Part shown: in pieces, positions 44,762-54,935 of the stretch
Layout: every line of letters starts with the position of its first letter
Numbering within the stretch: position 1 is the stretch's first letter
Source: an uncultured virus (IMG/VR IMGVR_UViG_3300042894_003697)
Lineage: Duplodnaviria > Heunggongvirae > Uroviricota > Caudoviricetes
Reading direction: 5' to 3' (one strand)
IMG/VR virus record: IMGVR_UViG_3300042894_003697
DNA: 64,000 bases
Translations under genes and position numbers: made by a program
Notes under the pieces: generated by a model
Told to the model about the DNA's origin: nothing
Databases searched by the model: none
The model's input: only the letters and a program-made list of their open reading frames with translations

Positions 44762-45191
44762 CGGCCAAGTCCTTGGTATAAAATGGTCCACGATACGGGT
44801 ATCGTTCCAGTACAATCAGTTTTGGATCTTGTACAGTTTTCCACGCACGGCCTTTCTTGACTGAGTACCACCCGGCAGCAAACCAACTCTTACTTTTGGT
44901 TGTTTTTGTATAAATCGGTAATCGATGGCGAACATCCCATACAGGATTATGCACACGGCCTTGAGCAGGATAACCGTGCACTAAACTTATGTTTTCTTTG
45001 ATTTTTGGCAATGATGATTCAAATTTAATTTTAAAACGATCTTCCACCATGCTGATAGTTTTGTATTGTGCAATCTGATTATTGATACGCACTTGGTACC
45101 CGTCATCGCATGCTTCAACGTTTCCTACTTTGTGGTTGTCTTGTTGCACAATCCAAAATTCATTTTCAATCACTGGTTTTGCTACTAGCAT
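44745..45191 (-). CDS. Hypothetical phage protein
   Basis: In operon. Confidence 0.75.
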   Translation of the reverse strand: MLVAKPVIENEFWIVQQDNHKVGNVEACDDGYQVRINNQIAQYKTISMVEDRFKIKFESSLPKIKENISLVHGYPAQGRVHNPVWDVRHRLPIYTKTTKSKSWFAAGWYSVKKGRAWKTVQDPKLIVLERYPYRGPFYTKDLADDQSI

Positions 45192-46188
45192 GTTCAAGTA
45201 CCCCTTTATAAGTTTCATTTAACCATCGTCCAAATTGATCAGCTGACTCGCTGCATTTGTTCAATTCATATCGGCCGCAAAATTGCATAAATCTAACACC
45301 AACTTGACCTATGTCTCGATGTGATATTTGTTCACAAATAGCAGTATCAACTTCTGCTTTGATAGCATCAGGTTGGGCTGTCAGATCAATCAGTGTGCGA
45401 TTACGCTCATAATCATCTAACACCCGGTGTTCTACACCGTCAGGATCGGCCCAACGTTGCAGCATCATGTTGTTCCACGCATATCCTTGACGATCTCTGT
45501 CCTCAAAGGCATCGCGGAGACCAACTTTATTCTTTGTCCCTTTTTCACGAACTCCAGGATACGCACTGAATACATTGTCTGAGCTATCTCCACGCATGCA
45601 CTTCTCGAACAACAACCAGGCCGGATCTGGACAGGCTTTTGCTTGTTTAGTTTTTTTATCAATGACAGGTCGACCCTTGGCATCAAAGATTCCTTCTAGA
45701 GTGATCAATTCGTCTGTTATTCCGTTGTACTGCTTAACTGTGGGACTAACCAACTGCACAAAATCTGTGTCACTTGAAATGATAATGTGTTCATCAGCAG
45801 GGTGTAGTGCAATCCAACGAGCAATAATATCGTCTGCTTCTGCTTGGGCATGACGAATAACGCTACAATTGGTACGAGTAGACAGGTATTTAGTCAGCTC
45901 ATCATACCCTTCCCAGAACATTTTATCTTCTTCTTGTTCTGCTTCGGTCAGTGCAGCCCTGGCCACTGCACGATTTGCTTTGTAGGGTTTGTACACATCT
46001 TTGCGCCAGCTGCGACCCTCCAGCGCAAAAACCACATGATCTGCTTCAAATCGCCGAGCAACTTTGTTGGCAGCCATAAGTGTTATATGAAGTGCAAAGC
46101 CTAGTTTTTCCCAAGGATCACTGGCACGAAAAGCACCGTGTCTTGCACGAAAAAACATATTGGCCGTATCTATTAGAACATATTTCAT
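45166..46188 (-). CDS. rnh: T4 RNase H-like 5'-3' exonuclease / flap endonuclease
   Basis: LIDTAN, SWRK…YKANR, EADDII, ISSDTDFVQL, GDSSDNV; promoter TTGACT-17-TATAAT at 46195-46223. Confidence 0.9.
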   Translation of the reverse strand: MKYVLIDTANMFFRARHGAFRASDPWEKLGFALHITLMAANKVARRFEADHVVFALEGRSWRKDVYKPYKANRAVARAALTEAEQEEDKMFWEGYDELTKYLSTRTNCSVIRHAQAEADDIIARWIALHPADEHIIISSDTDFVQLVSPTVKQYNGITDELITLEGIFDAKGRPVIDKKTKQAKACPDPAWLLFEKCMRGDSSDNVFSAYPGVREKGTKNKVGLRDAFEDRDRQGYAWNNMMLQRWADPDGVEHRVLDDYERNRTLIDLTAQPDAIKAEVDTAICEQISHRDIGQVGVRFMQFCGRYELNKCSESADQFGRWLNETYKGVLEHASSKTSD

Positions 46189-46224
46189 AGTGCAATTATA
46201 ACAGAAAATTAGTTGAAAGTCAAC

Positions 46225-46878
46225 TTAAATATGGAAATTTACATATTTTTCGATATAATTTTTACACAAATCAAAATCAAAATCACAACCAATTTTATTT
46301 GCCAATTCGGTTATCATACAATGATTTTCAATGATCAATGGATTCCAGTTGTTAAAACAAAAATCAAAATTTGCTGATTTACATTCTGCTTTAAATTTTT
46401 TATGGGTATCTAAATCAAGACAATGATGTTCCTTGGGCCATTTTCTTCTGATAGCTAAATCAATAAATTCTGTAGTGCTATCAACTAAAACAGTAAAAAT
46501 TTCACTGTCAGAAAACAAAGATTTAAATGTAATAAATTGATCTATATCATGCGACACCAATGGCAACCATACATTTCCTAACAGTGTAAGATCGTTAAGT
46601 TTTGTAATATTCTCGCGTGATTTATTTTTTGTAATATCCCATAAGTTGCGTCCAAATAATTGATGACATCCTTGTTCTAACTGTAACCATTGATGAGAAC
46701 TTACTTTGTCTGGTATGGTGGCTAATAAACAATTTTCTAGAAAAACTAAATCGTTATTTGTTAAAATGGTCAATGCCTTTTCATAGTTAGAAAATGCAAC
46801 TTTGTTACTGTAAGACAAACAGTTAGCAATAAATTTACCCCCAGCACCGGCATAATAATGCAATAACAAAATTTTCAT
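46225..46878 (-). CDS. Hypothetical protein (AT-rich)
   Basis: YYAGAGGKFIANCL N-terminus. Confidence 0.65.
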   Translation of the reverse strand: MKILLLHYYAGAGGKFIANCLSYSNKVAFSNYEKALTILTNNDLVFLENCLLATIPDKVSSHQWLQLEQGCHQLFGRNLWDITKNKSRENITKLNDLTLLGNVWLPLVSHDIDQFITFKSLFSDSEIFTVLVDSTTEFIDLAIRRKWPKEHHCLDLDTHKKFKAECKSANFDFCFNNWNPLIIENHCMITELANKIGCDFDFDLCKNYIEKYVNFHI

Positions 46879-47579
46879 ACAATCAATTTATTCTTCATGA
46901 TAAATTGTAGTAGGTAACGATGAAAGAAACTATGGGCATCTCGTCCAAAATGCCATGAATCGACGGCAACAGTTTCAAATCCTTGTTTCCGACAAATATC
47001 ATCAAATGTCATTGTGGTATCGTAGGGTGCAATGTAGCACTGATCCCACACACGTTGATCCGTAATTTTAGAAAAATCACTATTGCCATTGAAAAAAACA
47101 TGCTTAATGTTTTGAGCTTGTAGTTCTTTGTGAAAATTCCAAATGTCAGTGTGTGCTTGCTCTGTACGTTGTTGCCAATCGACATTGGCTATATATTCTT
47201 GATATTGTTGCTGATGACTTTCTGGAACCTGGTCGATACCAGAAGCATTAACTTGATAGTATGTTCCATCAATTAGCCATTCTTCTCGTTCCCAGGTACT
47301 CCATTGTATGATAACTAAAACATCATTATTGCTTGTGTGATTATCAAGCCATTCACGTGTGGTTCTGATTATTCTTGCATTGCTACTTGCACTTTCTGCT
47401 GCACAGTAAAATCCTGCACGTAATGCTAGACTTAATAGTCGACCCCAGCTGACTGCCAAATTATCAGGGTGTGCAACTCGACCCATATAGAAATATCGAG
47501 GGTCATCTTCAGCAAATGCATAAGGATTTACCGCTTCTGCTGCCGCAGTATGACTGTCACCATTTACATATAATATCAT
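46875..47579 (-). CDS. SGNH-like hypothetical protein
   Basis: NGDSHTAA, ASSNARI, WHFGRDAH. Confidence 0.65.
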   Translation of the reverse strand: MILYVNGDSHTAAAEAVNPYAFAEDDPRYFYMGRVAHPDNLAVSWGRLLSLALRAGFYCAAESASSNARIIRTTREWLDNHTSNNDVLVIIQWSTWEREEWLIDGTYYQVNASGIDQVPESHQQQYQEYIANVDWQQRTEQAHTDIWNFHKELQAQNIKHVFFNGNSDFSKITDQRVWDQCYIAPYDTTMTFDDICRKQGFETVAVDSWHFGRDAHSFFHRYLLQFIMKNKLIV

Positions 47580-48052
47580 TTTTGAGCAAGTATTTTTGCT
47601 GTTTCTGCTTCTGCGACTCTCTTGCGCAAACTACTGGAACTAAAACTATGATCACGTCTATTAAATATCACCTGTATACCGCGACCGGCACCTTCGTTGC
47701 GACCGGTAAAGTTCTTGTCCTCATACTCAGTACCCAAAATTCGAACATCCAATGGTAGAATCAACAACAAGTCAATCAAGTCTTGCTCGGTTTGATACAC
47801 AACAACTTCATCAACATAACGACAAGCCGCAAGTTGAATCTGTCGTTCTACAATACTTTGAATAGGTTTGTTCTTGGTATCAGGTCTATCAATAGTAGGG
47901 TCAGTTTGTAACCCGCAAATCAAGTAATCGCAATAATTCCTTGCCTCTGACAACATAGCAACATGGCCAGCATGCAACATGTCAAAGGTTGAGAATGTGA
48001 TGCCAATCTTTTTACCTTGTGCTTTTAGTTCTTTGATGTGATTAAAAATCAT
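47576..48052 (-). CDS. TagD-like cytidylyltransferase
   Basis: FSTFDMLHAGH, RDHSFSSSSLR. Confidence 0.9.
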   Translation of the reverse strand: MIFNHIKELKAQGKKIGITFSTFDMLHAGHVAMLSEARNYCDYLICGLQTDPTIDRPDTKNKPIQSIVERQIQLAACRYVDEVVVYQTEQDLIDLLLILPLDVRILGTEYEDKNFTGRNEGAGRGIQVIFNRRDHSFSSSSLRKRVAEAETAKILAQK

Positions 48053-48450
48053 TAACTTACCTCGGATCTTCCGTCGCCGATATCTTTACTGCGTATAATT
48101 CTGTTGGGGTTCATTGCTTGTTCTTGTTCCCAGGTTTCTAAAACTACATTGCGGCACACTGCCTGGAACCAACGATCCACTATGTCCGAATCTTTGTCGT
48201 CAGGCTTCATTTGATAACCGGCACGAATCAAATTGGCCACAAACTTATCATTCCAATCCAAATCAAACGCACCTTGATGTAGATTTTCTGGATCCACATC
48301 CATGCTCAGTACATCAACCCACGGTTCGCCTTTTTCTGTAGCAATCTCTTTGGCCGTTTTTATTGGGGGCTTGGGTTCAGGTTTAGGCTTGGGTGCTGCA
48401 GGTGCCGCCACTGGCTTTGTTTTTTTAAATAGCTTGTCAAACATTCCCAT
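48052..48450 (-). CDS. Hypothetical phage protein
   Basis: AAGGA SD. Confidence 0.75.
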   Translation of the reverse strand: MGMFDKLFKKTKPVAAPAAPKPKPEPKPPIKTAKEIATEKGEPWVDVLSMDVDPENLHQGAFDLDWNDKFVANLIRAGYQMKPDDKDSDIVDRWFQAVCRNVVLETWEQEQAMNPNRIIRSKDIGDGRSEVS

Positions 48451-48531
48451 TGGGTTTTCCTTTTAGTAAGAACACTACATGTTCTTTTGCGTCATAACAA
48501 CAAAACTCAAACACTGAATATCCTGCGCCTA

Positions 48532-49767
48532 TCAACTTCTTGTGTTACCATAGTGAATAACAGTATAGTCAGTTAATTGACTCATCTTGCGCCAAGGATC
48601 AACAATGATAGACCCTTTGGGAATTTCACAATAAGGTTGTGTATCTTCTTGATTGCCAGTGTACTCGTAAGTGATCTTGCGATTATGCGCCCACAATACT
48701 ACCGACGGTGTATGGATTTCAGATATAACATCTGTCTTATCATCTGCCAATGGGTCTATGTATCTGCAATTAAATCCTAATTGCTTCACATAATGTCCTA
48801 CCAAGGTAGAATAAGATCCAATACAGTATTCAACATCTGGTTTGTATGCCTTGCCGTGAATTACAATGCTCATGACATGAGTTTTTGCTTGATCAACTAA
48901 AAACTGTGCAAGATTTTTTGCCTGCATTTCTCTAGCAGACATCACTGTGTCAAACAAATCATATCCAACTTCATATTCTTTGGCCAGCCAACGCAATGCA
49001 ATGTTATCACGTGGATGGCAAGCACCTGCATCTCCCATACCTGCGGTCATGTATTTTGGTCCCATGATACGCATGGTGCTTCTTGCAAGCGCATTAGTAA
49101 CTACATCAACATCAATATGGCCAATTTTCATTGCAAAATCTTGAATCATATTCACAAGACCGACCTTGGCACTGATAAATGTGTTATAAAAAATCTTGAT
49201 TGATTCACACTCGTCCCATGTACCAACTTCATAACGTGGATCATTTTCCATGATGGTTTTATAGAGATCGATTAATTTGCCTGCAATTCCAGTCAAGCTA
49301 CCGTCTTCTGTGCCAATGATTACCATTTCTGGATTGGTCATATCCCACTTTACTGAGCCCATGGCAATCAAATAGGGATTATAACAAAATTCATGTTTGG
49401 GATCAAGTAATGTTATGAACTTGCGTCTAGTAGTTCCAGGTAGTACTGTGCTAATCAACACAACTTTTTTAGGTGTAGTGGCATTGGCATTGATTTTATT
49501 AATGGCGTCAATTACTGCGTTGTGTCCAAAGTCGCGAGGCTCCATGTGCGAACTGGGTACAGATCCATCATACCCTTCAGCATGCGGAGTAGGAACCGCA
49601 ATAAAAATCCATTCGCTTTCGTCAACAAGTTCTGCAATATCGCAGACTTGAACACTATCACTGGTACGTGGGTAGATATCGTAACCACGTACCTCATGTT
49701 TTTCTGCAAATACTTCGGCACAGTCAAGACCGAGTTTGCCAATTCCAATAAATCCAATTTTTGCCAT
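48532..49767 (-). CDS. UDP-glucose/GDP-mannose 6-dehydrogenase family
   Basis: GIGKLG, AVPTP, STVLPGTT, GDAGACHPRD, GKAYKP. Confidence 0.9.
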   Translation of the reverse strand: MAKIGFIGIGKLGLDCAEVFAEKHEVRGYDIYPRTSDSVQVCDIAELVDESEWIFIAVPTPHAEGYDGSVPSSHMEPRDFGHNAVIDAINKINANATTPKKVVLISTVLPGTTRRKFITLLDPKHEFCYNPYLIAMGSVKWDMTNPEMVIIGTEDGSLTGIAGKLIDLYKTIMENDPRYEVGTWDECESIKIFYNTFISAKVGLVNMIQDFAMKIGHIDVDVVTNALARSTMRIMGPKYMTAGMGDAGACHPRDNIALRWLAKEYEVGYDLFDTVMSAREMQAKNLAQFLVDQAKTHVMSIVIHGKAYKPDVEYCIGSYSTLVGHYVKQLGFNCRYIDPLADDKTDVISEIHTPSVVLWAHNRKITYEYTGNQEDTQPYCEIPKGSIIVDPWRKMSQLTDYTVIHYGNTRS

Positions 49768-49841
49768 TTGTTTTCCTTAATATAACATTTGAGTGCTACA
49801 GACTAATTTATCTGGTTTTAAGTGCTAGTGTGAAATTTTGT

Positions 49842-50864
49842 TCATTGTTGTCGCCAATAAACTCCATTTTTGCCACGTTCTGGAAATAAATCAAATTGAG
49901 TGTCTTCACGGTGTATGTCCAAAGTTAAGCAGTGCCACCCACCATCCCAAAAACTCCTGGTACGCAGATCAAAATGATGTACTGTAATACCTTTATCTTG
50001 TAACCATTTTATCAATGGAGGATATTCTTTCATTGCAACAACATTTTTTTCATCTAATACTAACATGTTAACTTCAAATACTGTTTCTCTAAAATCACCT
50101 ACCCAATCACTAGCAAGAGTTAGCACATGATTAGCAAACGATTTATTGTTGTTAATAGTATCGCTTGATGTGTTCCATTGTTGCATGTCAAAAGTGGCAT
50201 TATTTAAATTTTTAGGAATTTGAAATACCTCCCATCCTGGAAAACTTTGATCATAATTTGTTTTGTAATGACTTGATACTAACACACCGGGCGCCACTGG
50301 ACAAAATACTGCATCACTGTGCCCGTAGGTCTCAGAAATATTAACACGGTAATTTCTAGCGGTATTAACCATCCATTCGCATGAATCCCTCCAGACATCC
50401 GAATGAGTGTGAATGTCTAAGTACAAATCCTGCCCCATACGAACCAACGATGGTGGGTTAATGTAATTTATTGGCTGTTGTTGCGTTGATGGTTGCACAT
50501 CGTATCCTAAATTCTTGTATTCATCCATAATGTGCTGCCATGGATCTTTTTCTAATTTATTATGCAGACTATATAATGTTTTATCAAGCACCAAATAGTG
50601 ATCTCTAGGACATATAGGAGGTTTTACTAAATTATCATTGTTATCAAGATAGCTATCAATTGAATCAAATACCGGACGCTTAACTACTACTCCTTTATCC
50701 TCTAAAAATTTTTGTAATTTTCCAGTGTCTTGTTTGGTCCATTCTGTTATTTGTCTAAATGGATCAGCAATTTCATTTGGCAAATGATCGTACCAGCCAG
50801 CAGGATAGCAATCTCCTAACCATACTTCCTTCAATGGAGTAAAGCCAAAATTTGAATTGATCAT
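49842..50864 (-). CDS. Amidinotransferase (second paralog)
   Basis: PLKEVWLG, PRD, GHSD, FEVN, WDGGWHCLTLDIHR. Confidence 0.85.
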   Translation of the reverse strand: MINSNFGFTPLKEVWLGDCYPAGWYDHLPNEIADPFRQITEWTKQDTGKLQKFLEDKGVVVKRPVFDSIDSYLDNNDNLVKPPICPRDHYLVLDKTLYSLHNKLEKDPWQHIMDEYKNLGYDVQPSTQQQPINYINPPSLVRMGQDLYLDIHTHSDVWRDSCEWMVNTARNYRVNISETYGHSDAVFCPVAPGVLVSSHYKTNYDQSFPGWEVFQIPKNLNNATFDMQQWNTSSDTINNNKSFANHVLTLASDWVGDFRETVFEVNMLVLDEKNVVAMKEYPPLIKWLQDKGITVHHFDLRTRSFWDGGWHCLTLDIHREDTQFDLFPERGKNGVYWRQQ

Positions 50865-51613
50865 TTTTTAAATACAGGAATTGGATTCATCTTGTGTAGA
50901 CTTTTTGCACGTATGGCCTGATAAGTCTGTAAATTGTGTAATTCTGTACTGCCTTTTACCAACACTTCGCCTTGGTCTTGTTGCATTGCAAGTTCTAAAT
51001 CTTTGTAGGTCAATCCGCCCAGTTGATCCTCGTCGGTCCGACCATCGTCCCATAATCCATCTGTGGGCGCTGCGTTGATAATATCTTCAATGATACCCAA
51101 TTCTCGACCCAATGCCCATACTTCAGATTTATATAAATCCCCAATGGGACTGATGTCTACACCACCATCGCCGTATTTGGTATAAAATCCAACACCAAAG
51201 TCTTCAACTTTGTTTCCTGTGCCTACCACCAATCCCTGTGTGCTTTGTGCAATTTGATACAGCGTGACCATGCGCAATCGACTACGACTGTTGGCAAATC
51301 CCAACACATTGTTGTAGGTATTCATACGTGTTTCAAATTCATCAAACACCGCGGTCAAATTGATAATTTCATGACGCACATTATCAAAGTTTTGGGCCAA
51401 CCAAGCACCTTGCCGCATACTTAAATCATGCAGTTCAGGTCGTTGCCTAATGGGCATAGAAACTGCCACTGTATGAATACCAGTGCTAGCACACAACGCA
51501 CTGACCACTGCTGAATCAATACCGCCCGATATGCCTACTACCAAACTTTTCATACCGGCTGTTTCGGCATATTCTTTGATCCAGTGTACAATTTGATTTT
51601 TTACTTGCCCCAT
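50861..51613 (-). CDS. nadE: NH3-dependent NAD+ synthetase
   Basis: SGGIDS, RSRLRM, GTGNKVE, GFYTKYGDGGVD, APTDGLW. Confidence 0.93.
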   Translation of the reverse strand: MGQVKNQIVHWIKEYAETAGMKSLVVGISGGIDSAVVSALCASTGIHTVAVSMPIRQRPELHDLSMRQGAWLAQNFDNVRHEIINLTAVFDEFETRMNTYNNVLGFANSRSRLRMVTLYQIAQSTQGLVVGTGNKVEDFGVGFYTKYGDGGVDISPIGDLYKSEVWALGRELGIIEDIINAAPTDGLWDDGRTDEDQLGGLTYKDLELAMQQDQGEVLVKGSTELHNLQTYQAIRAKSLHKMNPIPVFKK

Positions 51614-52455
51614 CCGTTACCCCATAAGTCTACATGTAATCTAGGGCTGTAGTTCCAGCCCTGTTCACAACAAATATCAGCTATTCGTTGTCGGTTTTTA
51701 TTGTACGGTTCAACAACACCACCTTGGGGCATTAGATAAACCACACCGTTGAAACCAGCTGCTCTGAATTCTTGTGTTGCTTTGACAGCTTCTTCAATGT
51801 GTGTGTCTGTTTCCACAACAAATTTAAGATAAACAGTACCAACTTCTTGATAGTTGGCCACAACATCTGGCTTGATAGCGTCTTCCCAACTCTCGCCGCT
51901 GGCTGAAAGTTTGGCACTGACACTGAATGTAATTTCTTTGTTCTCGGTACGCCAGTGACCAAGATAATCTTTAAATTCTTTTTGTAAAGGTTGGGTGCCA
52001 TTTGTTTCAAAAGTGATGTTCCGAAGATCTGCCATTTTGGGATGATCCAATAATTCGCCATATGCTCGTTGCCATCCTAACAGTGGTTCTCCACCAGTGA
52101 TAACCAGATGAACATCGTTGCCATTTTTCTGTGTCCATTGTTTATTTGGTGTTAGTGCAGTCATTTGATCCACAATTTGATTTGTGGTATAACTTGGGCT
52201 CAGATGTTTAAAATCTGGATGCCATGACGCATAACTATCGCATCCTGTTTCTACCAATGGTAAATCTTCAAAGCGATTGTATAAATGCACCACTTGGGCA
52301 ATTTCATCTGCGCCTGAGGATTTTTTTCCTGGTGCACAACCAAACCCTGCACAGGTAAAGTTACACCCAAATGTTCTCAAAAACACACTTGGAACACCTA
52401 CAAAACGACCTTCGCCTTGTAAACTGTAAAATAGTTCGCTTACTTTTATTTTCAT
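51601..52455 (-). CDS. queE: 7-carboxy-7-deazaguanine synthase-like radical SAM
   Basis: ELFYSLQGEG, FLRTFGCNFTC…CDS, ITGGEP, FETNGT, YSPRLH. Confidence 0.88.
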   Translation of the reverse strand: MKIKVSELFYSLQGEGRFVGVPSVFLRTFGCNFTCAGFGCAPGKKSSGADEIAQVVHLYNRFEDLPLVETGCDSYASWHPDFKHLSPSYTTNQIVDQMTALTPNKQWTQKNGNDVHLVITGGEPLLGWQRAYGELLDHPKMADLRNITFETNGTQPLQKEFKDYLGHWRTENKEITFSVSAKLSASGESWEDAIKPDVVANYQEVGTVYLKFVVETDTHIEEAVKATQEFRAAGFNGVVYLMPQGGVVEPYNKNRQRIADICCEQGWNYSPRLHVDLWGNGWGK

Positions 52456-52532
52456 AATATGACCTTGATTGGAATACTTTTAAAAGAATATTGTGTGTTG
52501 CCATCTTGGCAAGAGTAATAGATTTTCTTCAT
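52452..52532 (-). CDS. 26-aa leaderless uORF coupled to queE
   Basis: Promoter TTGACA-17-TATACT at 52538-52566; stop overlaps the queE ATG. Confidence 0.4.
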   Translation of the reverse strand: MKKIYYSCQDGNTQYSFKSIPIKVIL

Positions 52533-52566
52533 ATGCTAGTATACAATATTAATTGGGTGTTGTCAA

Positions 52567-53505
52567 TTATCGTACAAGCCATTCAGGATTGTTATTATAC
52601 CAATTGACGGTTTCGGTTAATCGTTCTTCATAGGAGTCGGACGCATGCCATCCTAGTTCATATAATTTTCTAGGATCAACACTAAAACACAAGTCATGCC
52701 CGGGGCGATCAACTGGAACTAACCGATAAGATAATTCACAGTCCATTATTTGAGCAATGTGTTGGGCAAACTCAAGATTGTTGATAAACCTATCACCGGC
52801 ACTGTTCCATTTTTCACAACGAGCGGATTGCATCTTTAATATAAATCGAGTATGACCAGCAACATCTCCAGCATAAAACCAACGACGTCCACCAATCAAC
52901 TCATCGGGCCCCACATGTATGTCTAAAGTTTCATTATTGAGTAATTTGCGTATGATGATCACGGGCAAACGATTGCTCTGGCAGCGTGGACCAAAGGTAT
53001 TGTTGATGTGTATGATACTTGCAGGGACATTGAATGAATTGGCATAGGCCATGCACAGTTCTTCACCGGCTGCTTTGCCAGCCGCATAGGGACTATTACT
53101 GTTGTAGGCATCGTTGGGCTGACTGTCTTGACCAATGGGTATAGGTCCAAATACTTCGGCACTGCTGTAATACACAAATCTTTCAACGCCTGTGTGTCTA
53201 GCATGTTCCAACAAGTTCAGTGTGCCCAGCACATTGTCCATGACAGATGCTGTGGGATCACTCAAGCTGTCAGCCGAACTAGGATTGGCGCCAGCATGTA
53301 ATATAATATCTGCCGCTGGCAAGTGTTTACAAGAATTTTTAATGTCGTGCTCGATTACAGTAACACGATCCAGCATGTGATTGATCCGTTCCATATTGGT
53401 TGAGCCAGGTCGTACCACACAGATCACACGGTGATCTTTTAAAAATTCTTCTACCAAGTAGTGACCAATGAATCCATTGGCTCCGGTAATCAGTGCTGTT
53501 TTCAT
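52567..53505 (-). CDS. NAD-dependent epimerase/dehydratase (RmlB-like)
   Basis: TGANGFIG, YAAGK, RPGHD. Confidence 0.88.
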   Translation of the reverse strand: MKTALITGANGFIGHYLVEEFLKDHRVICVVRPGSTNMERINHMLDRVTVIEHDIKNSCKHLPAADIILHAGANPSSADSLSDPTASVMDNVLGTLNLLEHARHTGVERFVYYSSAEVFGPIPIGQDSQPNDAYNSNSPYAAGKAAGEELCMAYANSFNVPASIIHINNTFGPRCQSNRLPVIIIRKLLNNETLDIHVGPDELIGGRRWFYAGDVAGHTRFILKMQSARCEKWNSAGDRFINNLEFAQHIAQIMDCELSYRLVPVDRPGHDLCFSVDPRKLYELGWHASDSYEERLTETVNWYNNNPEWLVR

Positions 53506-54185
53506 GGTTGATATTTGTAAACGATATCAGATTTGTGACTTAAAATTTTACTGTATCCTACACTGTTTAAAAAATTGTCAAGCATGGTTTTATTTGTGCC
53601 GTATCTTTGGGCCCAGGGCTCGTACCATTCTATCATAAGTAGAGGATGATATTTTTCAATAGTACGTTGTGCGCCTTGCAACGCAAAAAGTTCATAGCCT
53701 TCAATGTCTAATTGTATCAAATCACAGGCTGGTAAATTTAGTTCATCAATGATCACTGTGGGTATATTACCCGTACCGCTTACATGAATAGCGCCTGAAT
53801 CGTGCCTTCTGTCTAGATTTACAAATTTTCTTTCATTGCCTACACAGGCCTGTGTTTTTATTACATTGTCACCGCAATTCAAAGTCAAACACAAAAAATT
53901 TATTGGATCTGGTTCAAATGTGTATACAGTATTAAATCGTTGACTGAACTGTCTTACATACTGCCCACAGTTGCCGCCGGCTTGCACTACAATAGCATTG
54001 CCAGTGACATGTGTCATTAGTTGATCAAAAAATTCTGGGAGTATTCGAAACTGATGCATGTAATTCCACATGCCCCGATCGTACCGAGGCCACCACAGAT
54101 TTTTTAATTCGTCGTAGGGCGAATTGTCTCTGAATTCAATTGAGTTTTCTAGACCTGGAATATTTTGGTATAAGGAATTTGGCAT
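53502..54185 (-). CDS. FkbM-family methyltransferase
   Basis: QAGGNCG, FEPD, LDIEGYE. Confidence 0.85.
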   Translation of the reverse strand: MPNSLYQNIPGLENSIEFRDNSPYDELKNLWWPRYDRGMWNYMHQFRILPEFFDQLMTHVTGNAIVVQAGGNCGQYVRQFSQRFNTVYTFEPDPINFLCLTLNCGDNVIKTQACVGNERKFVNLDRRHDSGAIHVSGTGNIPTVIIDELNLPACDLIQLDIEGYELFALQGAQRTIEKYHPLLMIEWYEPWAQRYGTNKTMLDNFLNSVGYSKILSHKSDIVYKYQP

Positions 54186-54191
54186 GGTATT

Positions 54192-54935
54192 TTATATTTT
54201 AACAATCATTTCCTGTGCTAGTTCTTCATCTGGCAGGAATGGTGTTAGATCGTGTAGGCCTGCTTGCTTTCCATTTTTTAATGCTTGGGCTGGTAATATT
54301 TCTTGCTGGCCAAGACATTGGCAGTCTATAATGACTGGACCTTTTTTGTTAAGGGCATTGGGGAAATGAAGACGCAGATCTTCTTTTGTTCTGATATCCA
54401 CACAAGGCATGCCAAATGCTACCGCAATATTTTTAAAGCTAGGAAACCACAGGCCACTTTCAGCACTGGTTCCATGCACCCTTCCTTCAAAGTATTTTGT
54501 CTGTGTATTTTTAATACTTAGGTAACCGTTGTTATTGAGAATAACAAACTTGATATTCAACTCGTGTTGTTTAACTGTGGCTAATTCTTGAATGTTACTC
54601 ATAAAACTACCATCGCCGATGATACTGATGACCTGTTGATTACTGGCCATACTTACACCAATGGCTGCAGGTAACGCCCACCCCATATCTGCTTGTGCAG
54701 GACTAAAAATAAATCTTTGTCCGTGTTTGGCATTTAATGCAACAGGACCTGCATAGCTAATGCTGCCAGCATCGCCCATTAAAATGTCATTGGCTAAACT
54801 GTGCTGATTAATCGCATCAAGTATGGCATAGATGTTTAACTGAAAATCATTTTCAGCTGGACGATATTCTTCCTGCATTACCGGCCATTTGGATTTCCAG
54901 TGATTGCATTTTTCAATCCATTCTTGTCTTGTCAT
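54192..54935 (-). CDS. ThDP-dependent enzyme, C-terminal PP-binding half
   Basis: MGWALPAAIG, GDGSF…NN motif; own AGGAG SD. Confidence 0.88.
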   Translation of the reverse strand: MTRQEWIEKCNHWKSKWPVMQEEYRPAENDFQLNIYAILDAINQHSLANDILMGDAGSISYAGPVALNAKHGQRFIFSPAQADMGWALPAAIGVSMASNQQVISIIGDGSFMSNIQELATVKQHELNIKFVILNNNGYLSIKNTQTKYFEGRVHGTSAESGLWFPSFKNIAVAFGMPCVDIRTKEDLRLHFPNALNKKGPVIIDCQCLGQQEILPAQALKNGKQAGLHDLTPFLPDEELAQEMIVKI

